Assembly: GCA_900769555.1 (NCBI GenBank)
Contig: CAAGHA010000043.1
Location: 30,175 to 94,174, forward strand
Length of the DNA stretch: 64,000 nt
Direction of reading: 5' to 3'
DNA from: Bacteroidales bacterium
GTDB lineage: Bacteria > Bacteroidota > Bacteroidia > Bacteroidales > Paludibacteraceae
The translations under genes and the position numbers were made by a program. Positions 1 through 15,000 of the stretch are shown in pieces (position 1 is the stretch's first letter; each line of letters starts with the position of its first letter). The notes below the pieces were generated by a model that was not told the origin of the DNA, made no database searches, and saw only the letters and a list, made by a program, of their open reading frames with translations.

Positions 1-1
1 A

Positions 2-3000
2 ATAGCAAGCGAAAATATTGATCAAGTAATAGCAACCCCTACGCAAAAAGGAACATTCACTTACCAAGTAATAGGAGAAAAAGATGGATGTAGCAATCAA
101 GCAAACATTAACATAACCGTTAATCCATTACCAGAAGTAGAAATAGAGTCCCAGAACACATCTGTATGTATAGGTGAAAGTATAACATTGACAGGAAATG
201 GAGCGACCAACTACACATGGAGTACAGGAACATCTACGTGGAATGGAGCATCCATCTCCCCTATCATCAACGAAAGTACCAACTTTACACTAACCGGAAC
301 AGATGGGAAAGGATGTCAAAGCAAACCAAAAGAGATAACAATCAGCACGAAAGAAAAACCAACTGTAAGTTGGGAAAAAGTAGAAGTCTGCGAAGGTGGA
401 GATGCAAAAGTTGTAATTGAAGGAGCAGATAACATCACTTGGAAATATGATGGAACAACAACAGGAAACGAAAGAACATTCACTAATGTAACAGAAGAAA
501 AGACCTATCAAATTACAGTTAGCAAAAACGACTGTAGCAAAGACACCTTCATTACCATTTACGTCAACAAGTTACCAACCATCTCCCTTACCAATAATTT
601 AGGAGAGAAAAATGGAGTTTGTATAGGAAATGAAGTATCCATCAAAGCTTCAGCAGACAATTGTGAGTTCAGATGGAAGACCGGAGGAGACAACGTTACA
701 CTATCAGGAAATAACAATGAGACACTAAGTTTCCGTCCGAAAACAAGTGGGACAAAAGAGTATTATGTTGTTGCACAAAACAAAACAACCCAATGTATAG
801 ATTCTGTTAATTACATATACAATGTATATGACAATCCGACAAATACAATAACCGGAACAGGTATCACATGTATCAATAGCACGGTACGATTAGAATCTGA
901 AAAGAAAAACTTTGTCAACTACTCATGGGCAGAAAGTAGTAATAAACAATACATTATCAACACCCAATCAGAAGTTGAAGTAGCCATAGATTCAGACAAA
1001 GAGTATCAATTGGTTGTTACCGATCAAAACGGCTGTACCGATACATCATTATACGAAGTTAGAGCGATTGCCTACCCAACATTTGAATTTAAATATGACA
1101 CAATCTGTTCAGGAGAAAAAGGAAAAATAGAATTGACAAACATTGTACCAAACAATGCAAAAGTCAATTGGTCGTGGAATGGAGGATTATTAGCAAATGA
1201 AAGTAGCATTATCGAGCAAACACTAAATGGAGATACCGAATTTACAGCAAGTGTCTATACATCAATCGATGAAGTAAACAAATGTGAAACAAACAAAGTT
1301 TTCACCGCTGCGGTACACCCTACTCCTAACTTTACCATTCAAAGTAACAGAGACAATGATGAAATCTGTGAAAAAGAAACCATCACTTTAACAGCAAGTG
1401 ATGCAAGTTATAGTTACCAATGGAAAGTAGGAGAACAAATTGTTGCAGAGGATGAGCAATCAGTAACAAAAGCTCCATCAGAAAATACAACCTATAATGT
1501 AATTGCATCCAATGCAAAAGGATGTACAACAACCCTTAAAAAAGAAGTAATAGTAAATAAATTACCTGAATTAAGCATCGAAACAACAGGAGCAGCATGT
1601 CCTGGCAATACAATTACGATAAAAGTCTCAGGAAGTGATGATATAGAGTGGTTAAATAGTGAAAAAATATCCATCGGAAACAAAACAAATGACTTGAGCG
1701 TAAAGATTGAAGACGGAGGAAATAAAGACACCACATTCTATGTTGTTGGAAAGAGCAGTAAAGGTTGTTCTGTAACCGAAAATGTACAGATTACAAAATT
1801 GACCAAACCAAATTTAATATTTAGTGGCAAAACAGTTATTTGTGAAAATAATATTCCGAAGATAAGTGTATCAGGAGCAAGCACATACAGTTGGTACAAT
1901 GGTGATAATTTAATAGGAAAAGGAACAGAACTACCGGAAACCCAACCATTAACCGAAAGTAAAACATACAAAGTTATTGGAGAAGATGGGGCAAATTGTT
2001 CTGCAGAAGCATTTGTAACAATCACTGTAAACAAGACCCCAGAGGTATATATAACAGCATCAAACACTGACAATATATCAAAGACCAACATCTGTTTAGG
2101 AGAAACTGTAAAATTAACAGCCCACGCAGATAATGTAACCTTCGAAGATTGGGAAAATGGAGAATTAATTGTAACAGGAAATGAAGTAGGTAACAAAACC
2201 TATACCATTCAAGTAACAGAAAAAAGCACCCAATGTCCCGGAAGTGCAAAATACGATGTTAACACATTAGCATTACCGGGCGTAAAAATCATCTCAAATG
2301 AGAGTGAGGTATGTGAAGGATATACGATTACACTAAGTTCGAATGACGAATATTCAAGTTATCAATGGTACACATTAGAAGGAAATAACAAAATCAATAT
2401 AAATTCCAACATCAGTTCATGGACTCAAACGTTAAATGCAACAACAAAATTTATATTAGATGTTACAGATGGTAATAGCTGTAAAAATAGCGACACTACA
2501 GAAATCGTTGCTAAAAAGTATCCTATTGTAACCTTTGAGGCTCCGGCAGTTTGTTCGGGAACACCTGGAGTAATTAAGGTAACAGCAAGCGATGCCGATA
2601 CATATAGCTGGCCAAACAATGGAAGTAATAGTGAAAATATTTGGACAAGCAATGATAATTTGACTAACCCAAAAAGTTTCACCATTACGGTTGGAAAAGC
2701 AGAATGCTATAAGACACATAGCATAAACATAGGAATTAAGGAGAAACCTAATCTAGCTATTCTTGTTAACGGAGAAAATACCAATGGTAATTCCGTAGAA
2801 GTATGCTCTAACAACAATACTGTAGTATTAAATGTAACTTCCGATAACAAAACGCTAAATACATACAATTGGACAGTAACAGAAAATAGCGTAAGTACAA
2901 ATAAAAGTTACACTACTAATCCTACAGAAAAAACAACCTATAAAATCACAGCTATCGATACAGAAGGTTGTGCAAACGAAAAAGAACAGACCATTGTTGT

Positions 3001-6000
3001 CAATACACCTGCAACAATCACTATAGAGGGAGATAAGAGTGTCTGTGAAGATGGAAATGTAACATTAACAGCATCCGGAAGCAAAAATTACAGTTGGTCC
3101 GTATCACCGACCGATGGAGCAAATATACGCTATAACAACGATGAAAAAAGCAATGTAACACTTCAAGGAATAAGAAAGAATATAACCCTTACAATTAACG
3201 GAATCGACAATAATGGATGTGCAAATGAAAAAGTAACACACTTGATTTCTGTTATTAATAAACCTGCATTAACCATCACATCCAACAACGGAAAGATGGA
3301 GTTGTGTAGTGGAGAAAACCTTACATTGAATGCCACAGCAACGAATGCAACCATCAAATGGAAAAACAACGAAGAAGAAGGAAGTTCGTTCACAACTCCG
3401 ACATTAAACACATCAGAAAAGAAAACATATAGTTATGATGTCAACTACTATTACGGAGAGAGTGGAACATGTAGTGCCGATACAACCGTAAGCATCATTG
3501 TGAATCCACTTCCAATCGTTCAGATCACCGGAGATATTGCATTCTGTGATGGAGGGAAAACTACCCTTACAGCAAGTGAGATGTATGGAAATACAAATAT
3601 GACATACAAATGGGATGGAAATACAGAGAAAACTAATTCAATCGAGGTTAATCAAACCGGAACTTACAAGGTAATAGGAACCGATGATGTAACCGGTTGT
3701 CAAAGTGCAGAAAAAACATACAACGTCACACGATATGACAATCCGACAGGAGTAACCATATCAGCAGCAGAAGCAACATGTAAAGACTCTCTGATTACCT
3801 TAACCGCAACAGGAATCAGTCAAATGGAATATGAATGGTATCGTGTTGGTGAAAACAACAATGACGTTCATATTGGAAACGGACGAAGTATCGAACAATT
3901 GATTTCTGAAAATGTACAATTTAAGATCGAAGTAGCAGAACCACACACACAATCCAATGGTCAGATTTTGAGATGCTACGATACAATCTCCTACAATGTA
4001 ACAGCCATTGATGCACCTGAATTCCATTTTACCGGAGAGAGTGTATGTTATGGAGAAAATGCAGAGATCAAGATTAATGGATCCGCAGATGCAGAATACA
4101 CATGGAACAACTTAAATCACATCGGAACAAACTATACAGAAAAGGAGATGAAATCCAACAAAACCTATTCTGTCACAGCTACTCAAAACGGATGTTCAAG
4201 AACAAAAGATACAACACTGACTATTCATCCACTACCTATCATCAACTCCATCACTGCAGAAGAGAGCGTATGCTTGGATAGTAAGATAACAATAAATTCA
4301 GATTGCATGGGCAACGGAAATTTGACCTATAGTTGGACAACTGATAACAATGACCCAAGCAGTATCGTTGGAGCAAGCAATCTATCTACATTGGATGTAA
4401 CTCCAACAAAAGAAGGAGATAGAATTTATACCCTTGAGATTACAGACGAAAACGATTGTAAAAACAGCAGTAGTATCACTATTGGAACCAAGAACTTGCC
4501 TATCATAAACATAAGTGGGAATACAACAGTTTGTTACAACAGTGATATTTCATTAAAAGTAGGAAACAACTTGACATTCAATTGGTATGAATACGATGTA
4601 ACAACAGCAAAAAAAGGTGACCTATTGATGTCAGGAAACGGAAATGAACCGTTTGTACAAACCATCCAAAAAGATCAATCATTCTACCTTGAAGTAGAAA
4701 ACGATGAAGGATGTACACAAAGTAAAGTGGTAGATGTAAAAGTGTTGACATTGCCAGAAATCAAATGGACAGGAAAAGATACCATCTGCATCGGAGATGA
4801 GACTGAAATTACTTTCGTTGCCACAAAATCAGGAGACAAATACAGTTTATTCGACGAAGAAAAAAATACCTACAAAGAGGTATTAAAAGAGAGTTTCTCT
4901 CCTACAACCACGACAACATACAAAATACAAGTCGAATCAGAGAATAATTGTATCAATGAAAAAGAACTTGAAATTGTAGTTAACGCACTTCCTGAAATAA
5001 CCATCAACAACGTAAAAGATGGAAGTAGCAGTATCTGCTTAAATTCAGAAATTACATTAGAAGCAGGAAGTAATACAAATTGTGATTTCGAGTGGAGTAC
5101 CGGCTCTACAGCAGATGAAATTATTGTAAAAGCATCAACAATTGAAGGATATAGTGCCAAGTTGACAGGAACAGATGTCAATGGTTGTAAGAACAGCACC
5201 AGCTACAATGTTATTGGTATTGCTCTACCTACAATAGAGTTGTCCGGAGATAAAGAAGTATGTAACAACAAAGAAGCATACGTGTCTGTAAAAGATACTA
5301 AAGGATATAATTACCTATGGGAAGATAACAACAGCACTGAAAGTGAAAGAAAAGTAACAATTACCAAAGACACAACATTGGTTGTAACATTTACCGATCC
5401 GGCAACACAGTGTAGCAACAAAGACTCGATAAAAGTTATGAATATCGACTACCCTACCTTGAAATTGTCAACAGAAAATATAACGGTATGTTTAGGAGAA
5501 TCCGTAACTATAAAAGCAGAAACCAATGCTACAATGGTGAATTGGACAGGAATACCAACTTCAAACAAGGAGTACACAACCATCGTTGATAATTCCAAAA
5601 AGTTGAATGTAAAAGCTAACAACAATGGATGCGAAACATCAAAAGAAGTTACGATAAATTATTATAATTTACCAAGCGTAACAATTGCAACATCCGGAAT
5701 TGTATGTGAAAACAAAAAAGGAACTCTGAATGCGGAAGCCAATGGAGGACAAGAACCATACAACTACTTATGGAACGATGAAAGTAAAGAGGAATTGTTA
5801 ACTACCAAGAATCTAACAATAGCAGATAACAATTCAGAATACAGTGTTGAAGTTAGTGATAAAAATGGATGTAAAGCAACAGCTACTGCAACAATACAAG
5901 TTGCCCCAAATCCGGTAATTACAATTGAAGCAGAAGAGCAGTCCATCTGTAATGGAGAAAATGTTAAATTAACTGCCAATGGAGCCGGAGACGAAGGAAG

Positions 6001-9000
6001 CTATATATGGAATACAAATGAAGAAGGTAGCATAATCACTCCTACAATCGAGAACGATATGACATTTAAAGTAACCGGAACAAATCTTAACGGTTGTGTG
6101 GGAGTCTCTGATGAGTTATTGATTACCAAGAAAGAACTTCCTGAATTGGAGGTATCAGGAGACCTAACCATTTGTTATGGAGATAGTACAATCATTACCC
6201 TATCGGCAGCAGGAACCGGAGAGGCTAAATTCTATTGGACTGAAGATACTGAAATCGGACAATATACAGAGAAGATTGAATCTGCAAAAAGGACATTGAA
6301 ACCGACTACAAGAACAAATTATAAAGTAATAATTGAACAAAATGGCTGTAGCAAAGAAGAAGAGATTACAATCAATGTAAACACATTACCGGAAATACGT
6401 ATCAGTTCTACCCAAGCAGAAAATACCATTTGTTTAGGAGAAAAGATTACATTAACTGCAACCAACGGTTTGACAAACTATCAATGGATGGATAAGAGCG
6501 ACAACAGCGAATCCGGAACTAGCAATCAAGTGATAGTTACACCAATAAAACAGACCGAATACAAAGTGAGTGCACAAGATGGTAACGGATGTATAAATAG
6601 TGATAGCATAGTTGTAATCGTAAATCAAAAACCTGAAATCCAATTAGAGAGTGCAGATGCAGCATGTATCAATTCTTCTTTGGTATTAAATGTAAAGAAT
6701 GCTGATGGCTACCCAAGTGCAAAACAATACAATTGGGTAACGTTAGGCGTCAATAACAGTTCTTCAACCATGACAACCAATCACTCTGCAAATACAACTT
6801 ATCAAGTAATTGCAACGGCTCAAAATGGATGTACAGACACTGCGGAACACTACGTAGAGGTGATTGAATTGCCGGTATTCTCATTGAAGAACAATTCCCC
6901 AATCTGCTTTGGAGAGAAAGTTGAAATCGGAATTAATACATCGAATGACAATTACACATACACATGGCCAAGCAATGGAACAACTACAGGCGAAGAATGG
7001 GTTGAAAGTAATGTTCATGAAGCAAGTGTAACTGAATATGAGTATAACGTAAGAGGAACAATCACCAAGGTGATAAAAGAAAATAGTTATGAGTGTTATT
7101 CGGATGTAAAAACTTCTGTAAAAGTAAATGAACTTCCGACAGTCAAACTATTAGGAACAACCTTTGTATGTCCTGAAGATGCTACAATCAATCTTTCAGC
7201 ACAAGGTTCAAACAAAACCACATTTGCATGGAGTGCAAAAGAGAACTCCGGAAGTATTGCAGGAAACGGAGCAACAGCAGTTGCCTCTCCTAGCGATGCT
7301 GAAATATTAGTCTATTATGTAGAGGGTACCAATGAAAACAGCTGTAAGAATAGAGATAGTATTTCCATTCAAAAAGCAAATGAACCTCAATTTGAAATGG
7401 AATCAGACTCTGTAGGTGTTTGTATAGGAGGAGAAATCGAATTATCTCTATCAACAGGAGATAAGTATGTAGAATCAGTATCTTGGAGTTGGAATGGAGG
7501 AACTTCTCACAACAACAGTGTGAAAATAACGAATGTAAACTCTAGAATGGTAGTTAAAGCAACCGCAACAGCAGAAAAAGGTTGTACAGCAACTAAGGAT
7601 TTCATACTTAAACCTGTGGAGTACCCGAATCTTGAAATTGAAGGTTCAGACTACGTTTGTAAGAATGACACTGCAACCATTAATCTAAGCAATGCAGAAC
7701 AAATCGTATGGGGAAATACCTATTATACAAATGAGGCAACTATAAATGAGCCTTTAAAGGAAAATAAAACCTATACATTTGTAGCAATTAACAGTGATAC
7801 AATTAATGGTAAGATTACCACTTGTAAAAATGATAAAGATTACACTGTTGAAGTTAGAAACCTTCCAATTATTACGCTTGAAAAATTTGATTCGATCTGT
7901 CAAGGTGATCTAATTACCATTAAAGCCAACGTTCAACAAGAGGCTGCACCTTATACATACTATTGGGGTAAAAATGAAACAGGGCAAAGTATCAAATCTA
8001 AACCACAACAAGACACTCTATTTAAAGTTGTGGTAAAAGATGCTAACAATTGCGTGGATAGTATGGAATGTGACGTGATTGTCAACCCTGCTCCAATCTT
8101 CAACGTAGCTCCGGTAATAGTCTGCGATGGAACGAGAGCTATCATAAACTCCGACAACAACAATTACACCTACCAATGGGAAGGAACCGGAGACTTTAGT
8201 AACTTAACCGGTCACACAACATCATTTGAAGTAACTAGAGATACATCAGTTGTAGTTATAGCTAAAGATGACAAAGGTTGTAGAAAACAAGGATTTGCAG
8301 AAATCAGAAGAAAACCTAATCCGAAATTACAAATTTCAGGACGAAATACAATCTGTCAAAACGACACTGTTCACCTATCTGTTAAAGATCTCGAAACAGA
8401 AGGAGGAACAACCACATACATTTGGAACAAGAACTCAACAGAGAACAAATCCATTTTCATCAGTAATAAGATTGACGAATACAAAAAATTTACTGTTCAA
8501 GGAACAAAAGATGGTTGTATAACTTCAGCAACTTACCAAATTAATGTGAACAACTTACCGACAATTGAGATAATAGGAGAAAATCAAGTATGCGAAAACG
8601 GAAGCATCGCATTGAAAGGAGAAGGAGGAATCCAATACAGATGGAACAATGAAGAATATCCATCCGATGCAACAAACGCCAATGAAGAATATCAATATTC
8701 AGTAGATGCATCCAATACTCTAATCACAATTGAAGGTCGTGATATAAATGGTTGTATCAACACTAGCACAATAAATATAGCTATTTTACAACTGCCTAAA
8801 TTTAATATTACAGGAGATACAATAGCTTGTAACAATAGCAAAATCCGTTTGGAAGTTCCCGGTGATGTAAACTCAAACAAAATGACTTACGAATGGAAGA
8901 ACGAAGAAGAAGAGGTAATTGCTAGTGAGAATTATGCCGATGTCGAAATAACAAAAGATACAAAATTAAAGGTTACTGGAATAAATATCGAAGGATGTAG

Positions 9001-12000
9001 TTTTACCGATAGCATCACAATAAAAGTAAAACAAGCTCCAAAAGTGGAAATTGCAGATTACTCCCCTTATGTTTGTAGAGGTGAGAATGGAATCATTCAA
9101 TTGATTGATAATGCTGACAAATTCACATGGACAGATTATAACGGAAACCTATTATCTGAAAATGAAAAAGTAGAAGCATCAATTGAAAGCAACAACACTC
9201 GATTCAATGTTACCTTAACCAATGAATATCCGATTTACAAAAGCAAGATCTCTTGTGAAACCGATACAACATTCATTGTAAATATGTGGGATTTACCACA
9301 AGTTAAAATTGATGGAAGTAAAGCTATCTGCGCAGGAGAGGAGGTTGAATTGACCGCAACTGAAGGTTTAACTTATGAATGGATCAATACAACTAAAAAT
9401 GACACATTGAGTAATAGTGAGAAAAAGTTAAAAGACAAACCATCCATTACAACAACCTATAAAGTCATTGCTACCGATGGTAACCAATGTGAGAACGAGA
9501 CGGACTTTACTGTTATTGTAAATAGTTTACCAGACTTTGAGTTGATTAACAACGACGAAGAGGTTGTTTGTGTTGGAAACGAAGTGAACATTAAAACAAA
9601 CAATCAAAACTATCTTTACAATTGGGATGGAAATGGCTATTTATCGAAATACAACCATACCTACACGGTTGATTCAGAGATAGAGATTGTGGTTTATGCT
9701 ATGAACAACCAAACAAAATGTGAAAATAGTGATACAATAAAAGTGGGAGTAAAAGAGTACCCTACCCTTTCTATTGATGCTCCTGCATACGTTTGTTCCG
9801 GTTCGACCGCAACCATCACAGGAAAAATTGATGGTGTAAATTACACTTGGAGAGAAGAAGATGAGAATGGAAAAATCTTATCTACGGACAAGAGTGTAAC
9901 AATTGATGAAATCGAATCCGATAAGCAGATTTATGCAAGCGTAGAAAAAAATGGATGTACAAGTGACACCACATTTATCATTCGTACTTGGTCATTACCA
10001 AATATTAAGATTGAAGGCTCACCTGCTACCTCTATCTGTAAAAACGATTCGATAACACTAACCGCTCAGGGAGGTACAGCATACAAATGGAATAATGATG
10101 ATAGTCAAACAAGCAACACCTATAAAACACCTAAATTAACAAGCGAAACCAAAATAAAAGTTTGGGGAGAAGATGGTAATCAATGTGCAAATAGTGATTC
10201 AATTACAATTTACATTAACGAATTACCTGAATTTGACATCACCGGAAATGACGTAATTTGTATTGGAGGAAAAGCCGAATTAAATACAACCAATGATGGA
10301 TTATCTTATATTTGGAAAGATAAAACAGGAAAAGAGGTATCAGTACAACAATACTTCACTCCAACCATTACAAAAGACACCCTATTCCAAGTAATTGGTA
10401 TCAATGCATTAGGTTGTAGCAACACCCAAGAGCATACAATCACAGTTAACCCATATCCTGTGATAACAACCGTATTGGATAGCACAGTGGTATGTAAAGG
10501 AGCTTCAGCATACATAGAGGTTGAAACGGATATTGAATCAGAGTATATTTGGAATAATGACAAAACACAAACCGATAATAGCATTTCCAAAGAGATTCAA
10601 AACAGAACCGAATTTGTTGTTAAAGCAACAAGTAAAGATGGTGGATGTACATCAGAAATGTCATATTGGGTGGATGTAAGAGAATTACCAACTATCTTAG
10701 CTGAAGATGCAACCATCTGTAAAAATGAAAAAGCAACATTAAACGCAAGCGGTACAAATATCTCAGAATATCGCTGGATGACGAGTGGAAACTCAACAAC
10801 CTTAAACACAGGCGACCAATATACAACTCCGGAACTTGCTACAACAACAAGTTATATCGTTATCGGTAAAGACAACTTTGGTTGCGAAGGTAGCAAAGAG
10901 GTTGTGGTACGCATCAATGAATTACCAACATTCACTCTTACAAACGAAGCATCGGTATGTAAAAATAGCGAAACAACAATCGAAGCAAGTAATCCAACTT
11001 TGAAGTATAATTGGGGTGGCGGATACAAGACCGACCTAACAAATCGATTAGTAATTGAAAAAGATACAACAATCACTATCATCGCTATGGACGACAATGG
11101 TTGCGTATCAGAAGGTAGTACAACAATTAAAGTCAAAGAATTGCCGGTATTGAAATTTGAATTGGCGAATGATTACGTTTGTCCGGAAGAAGATCTTACC
11201 ATCAAAGTCAGCGGAGCAATCGACGGCTACAAATGGATGGATAACAGTACCAAAGATTATTTGACATTAAAGAATATCGAGAATAATATTGAAGTAAGTG
11301 TAGAGGGAACAACCAATGGTTGTACCTCATCCATCGATACAACCATTAATGTATGGGAGTTGCCAAACATTCGGATCGGATCTGCAACAGAAGATGTGTG
11401 TATCGGAAATTCTATGGAGATTTATGGAGAAGGAGCCGGAGTAGGTGGACGATACATTTGGGATGATAATCGCACAACCGACACAATCACGGTTTCTCCA
11501 ACATTTGAAAAAGCTTCATTCACTGTAATAGGAATTGATGCAAATGGTTGTAAAAACAGTTATACCTTCGATGCAAACATTCATGAATTACCGATCATAA
11601 CCATTGAGGGAGAAAAAGAAATCTGTAGAGGAGAAAATGCTGAATTAAGTGCATCAGGAACATCAGAATACTATGTATGGACAATGGAAAACGAAGGTAA
11701 AACTGATACGCTAAGTATGACCTCAATATTAAGAACTGCAATCGACAAAGATGAAATCAAATTCTTTGTAGAAGGAACAGACAGATATGGATGTATTGCT
11801 CTCAAAAGTTATGACGTGAAAGCCAAAGAGTTCCCTACCCTAACCTATCGAACCAATACTGCAAAAGATAGTGTATGTAAAAATGGAACTATTAAGATTG
11901 AAGTAGATGGAGCAGATTCTTACCTATGGCAAGATGGCTCAACAAAAACATTTGTAGAAGAAAAATTGAGCAATCCTGCTAAATATACAATTGAGGGAAC

Positions 12001-15000
12001 GCGCAATGGCTGTACATCAAAGATGACAGTAAATATCGGAATCTGGCAACTTCCTGAATTTAATATAGAAGGAGAAAATGCAGTATGTGCCGGAGGTGAA
12101 ATAGTTCTAAATGCAGTACCAACCATTGCAGGAAATAGATATAGTTACACATGGGAGAATATGGATGAAACATCCGAAACAATTACCCAAAAATTGGAAA
12201 CTCCAAATTCAACAATTACCTACAAAGCAATTGCTAAAGATGCAAACCAATGTCAAAACTATGATGTACATACGGTTAAGGTGAATCCATTACCTACCGA
12301 TATTGTAATCAGCGGAGAGACATTGATCTGCGTTGGAACAGAAACAACATTAACCGCATCCGGATCGGCTATAGAATATCTATGGAGCAATGGAACAAAT
12401 AGTAATGAAGTTACTGCAACCATTGAAAAAGATAGTCTATTTACAGTAACCGGAACCGATATGAACGGATGTCAATACACAACAGATATAGAGGTTAAAG
12501 TCAAAGAGTACCCGGCATTGAACATCGAATATCCTCGTTATGTATGTATAGGTGATAGTGCAACTATCATCGTGAGCGGAGCAACCTCATTTATTTGGGA
12601 AGATACAAAAGATAACAACCCTATCAGAAAAGAGAAGATTGAGTCTGACACGAAGTTCGTAATCGAAGGTACAACCAACGGATGTACGACAAGAGAAGAA
12701 TTTACAATCAGTGTATGGAGTTTACCATCTATTTGGATCAGTACAAATGATGTTGATAATGAAATTTGCAACACAGAATCGATTACTTTAAGTGCAGGAG
12801 GAGGTGTATCAGGAAAATATGTTTGGAACAACGATAGTCAACAAACATCAGATGAAATAACCGTTTCTCCATCAGAAAACACAATTTATACCCTCGTTGG
12901 TGAAGATGAAAATGGATGTAGGAATAGTGGCGAATTCGAAGTTATTGTTAACGAATTGCCAACCGTTGAAATTGAGGGAACTCCATTAATTTGTGCCGGT
13001 GATAATGTTACGTTAAGTGCAAATACAACCGGAAATGCGATTAAAACATTTGTATGGAGCAATGGAGCAGCAGATTCAGAAATCGAGGTGGCAGTAAAAG
13101 AGAACACCCAATTCAAGGTTGAGGTAGAAGATGTTAACGGATGTAAAGCAGAAACCACTTACAACGTAGAAACAAAACCATATCCGGAATTGACTTATAC
13201 GGCCCCAAATCACATCTGTATTGGAAATAATGTTGCTGTGACCGTATCCGGTGCCACAACCTACGAGTGGATAGATGCTCCACAAATCAGTGGAAATAAT
13301 TTTGTTGATACACCGAAAAACGATACTCTTTACAAGGTAAGAGGAACAACCAATGGATGTACATCCTACTTGGAAATTCCAATGACAGTTATGCCATTAC
13401 CTGAGATTTGGATTTCAAGTGCAAGCAACGAAATTTGTAAAAATACAACTTTACAACTGACAGCAAACGGTGGAGCAAGCTATCAATGGAATACTAATGC
13501 CTCTTCGCAAAGTATAACCATATCACCGAATACTACAACAGAGTACAAAGTAATTGGAACAGACAGTTACGGATGTATTAATGATACAAGCATAACCATT
13601 GTTGTAAATGAACTTCCTGAGGTAAAAATATTTGGAGAAACACAAATCTGTGAAGGTAATAGTACCACACTATGGGTTGAAGGAGATGCAACACGTTATA
13701 CATGGACCAATACAGGAGAACAAAGCGATACTATCTATCCTGTAATTAACAAAAGTACTACATTTACAGTTCTTGCTGAGAATGTAGCAGGATGTACCGC
13801 CACTGCAACAAAAACGGTTGCAAGTAAACCATATCCGGTTTTGAATTATTCTGCACCGGCTACAATATGTGAAGGAGAAGAGATGAATATTATCGTAAAT
13901 GGAGCTGAAGAATATAAATGGCAAGATGGCTCTACTTCAAATACATATAGTGCTACTTTATACAGCAACTCAACCTTCACAGTTATCGGAACAAGCAACG
14001 GATGTTCTACAACAGAAAACTTTACTGTAAATGTATTGCCACTGCCTTACATTTGGATTACCGGAACATCAGACATCTGTTTGAACGACAAAGTTACATT
14101 GGATGTTAAAGGAGCTTCGACCTATAAGTGGAGTACCGGAGATGAGACCAATAGTATTACAACTACACCACAAGATACAACAACCTATAAAGTTGTAGGT
14201 ACAGATGTCAATGGATGTAGTTCTGAAACAGAATTTACAGTAAAAGTTCATCCGTTACCAATTCTTCAAATTAGCGGTGAAGATGCAATCTGTTACGGAG
14301 AAAGTGCGGAATTGACTGCATCCGGGAATGCTAAAGAGTATAGATGGAGCACCGGTCAAGAAAGCATGAATATCCATCCAATGATTACCAAAACAGAGAC
14401 ATTCAAACTAATTGGTATCGATGAGTTTGGTTGTACAAATGAGACAAGCAAAGAGGTAACAATGAAGCCAAATCCAATTTTGGTATTCAATGCAGCAAAA
14501 ACAGTTTGTTACGGATCTCAAGCAAGAATCATCGTATCCGGAGCAGATGAATATAGATGGCAAGATGGATCAACCGGAAATGAATACATCGATACTCCGG
14601 AAAATCGCACCACCTACTCTGTAGTAGGAACAACCAATGGTTGTACAACCGAAGAGAAGTTCCAAGTAGATGTATTATCGTTACCAAGTATCTGGATTAC
14701 AGGTTCGTTAGAGATCTGTGAAAATGATGGAGTTAAATTGAGTGCCAGCGGAGGCCTTTCATACGAATGGAACACAGGTTTAAAAGCATCCGAATTGTAT
14801 GCTAATCCAAAAGAAACAACTACTTACGAAGTGGTTGGTAAAGATGGAAATGGATGTATGAACAAACAGACTTACACTGTAGTTGTTAATCCACTTCCTG
14901 AGTTTACAATTGAAGGTCCTAACGCAGTATGTAAGGGAGAGATTGCCGAGTTAAATGTAAATGGTGATAATTATAAATATGCATGGAGCACGGGAGCTAT

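Noticed and set aside
188-190. ORF-track start of gene 1 at 188 (TTG translated as M)
   Set aside because: The frame is open from nt 2 and encodes further repeat units upstream. The true start lies outside the window, and 188 is an internal Leu codon.
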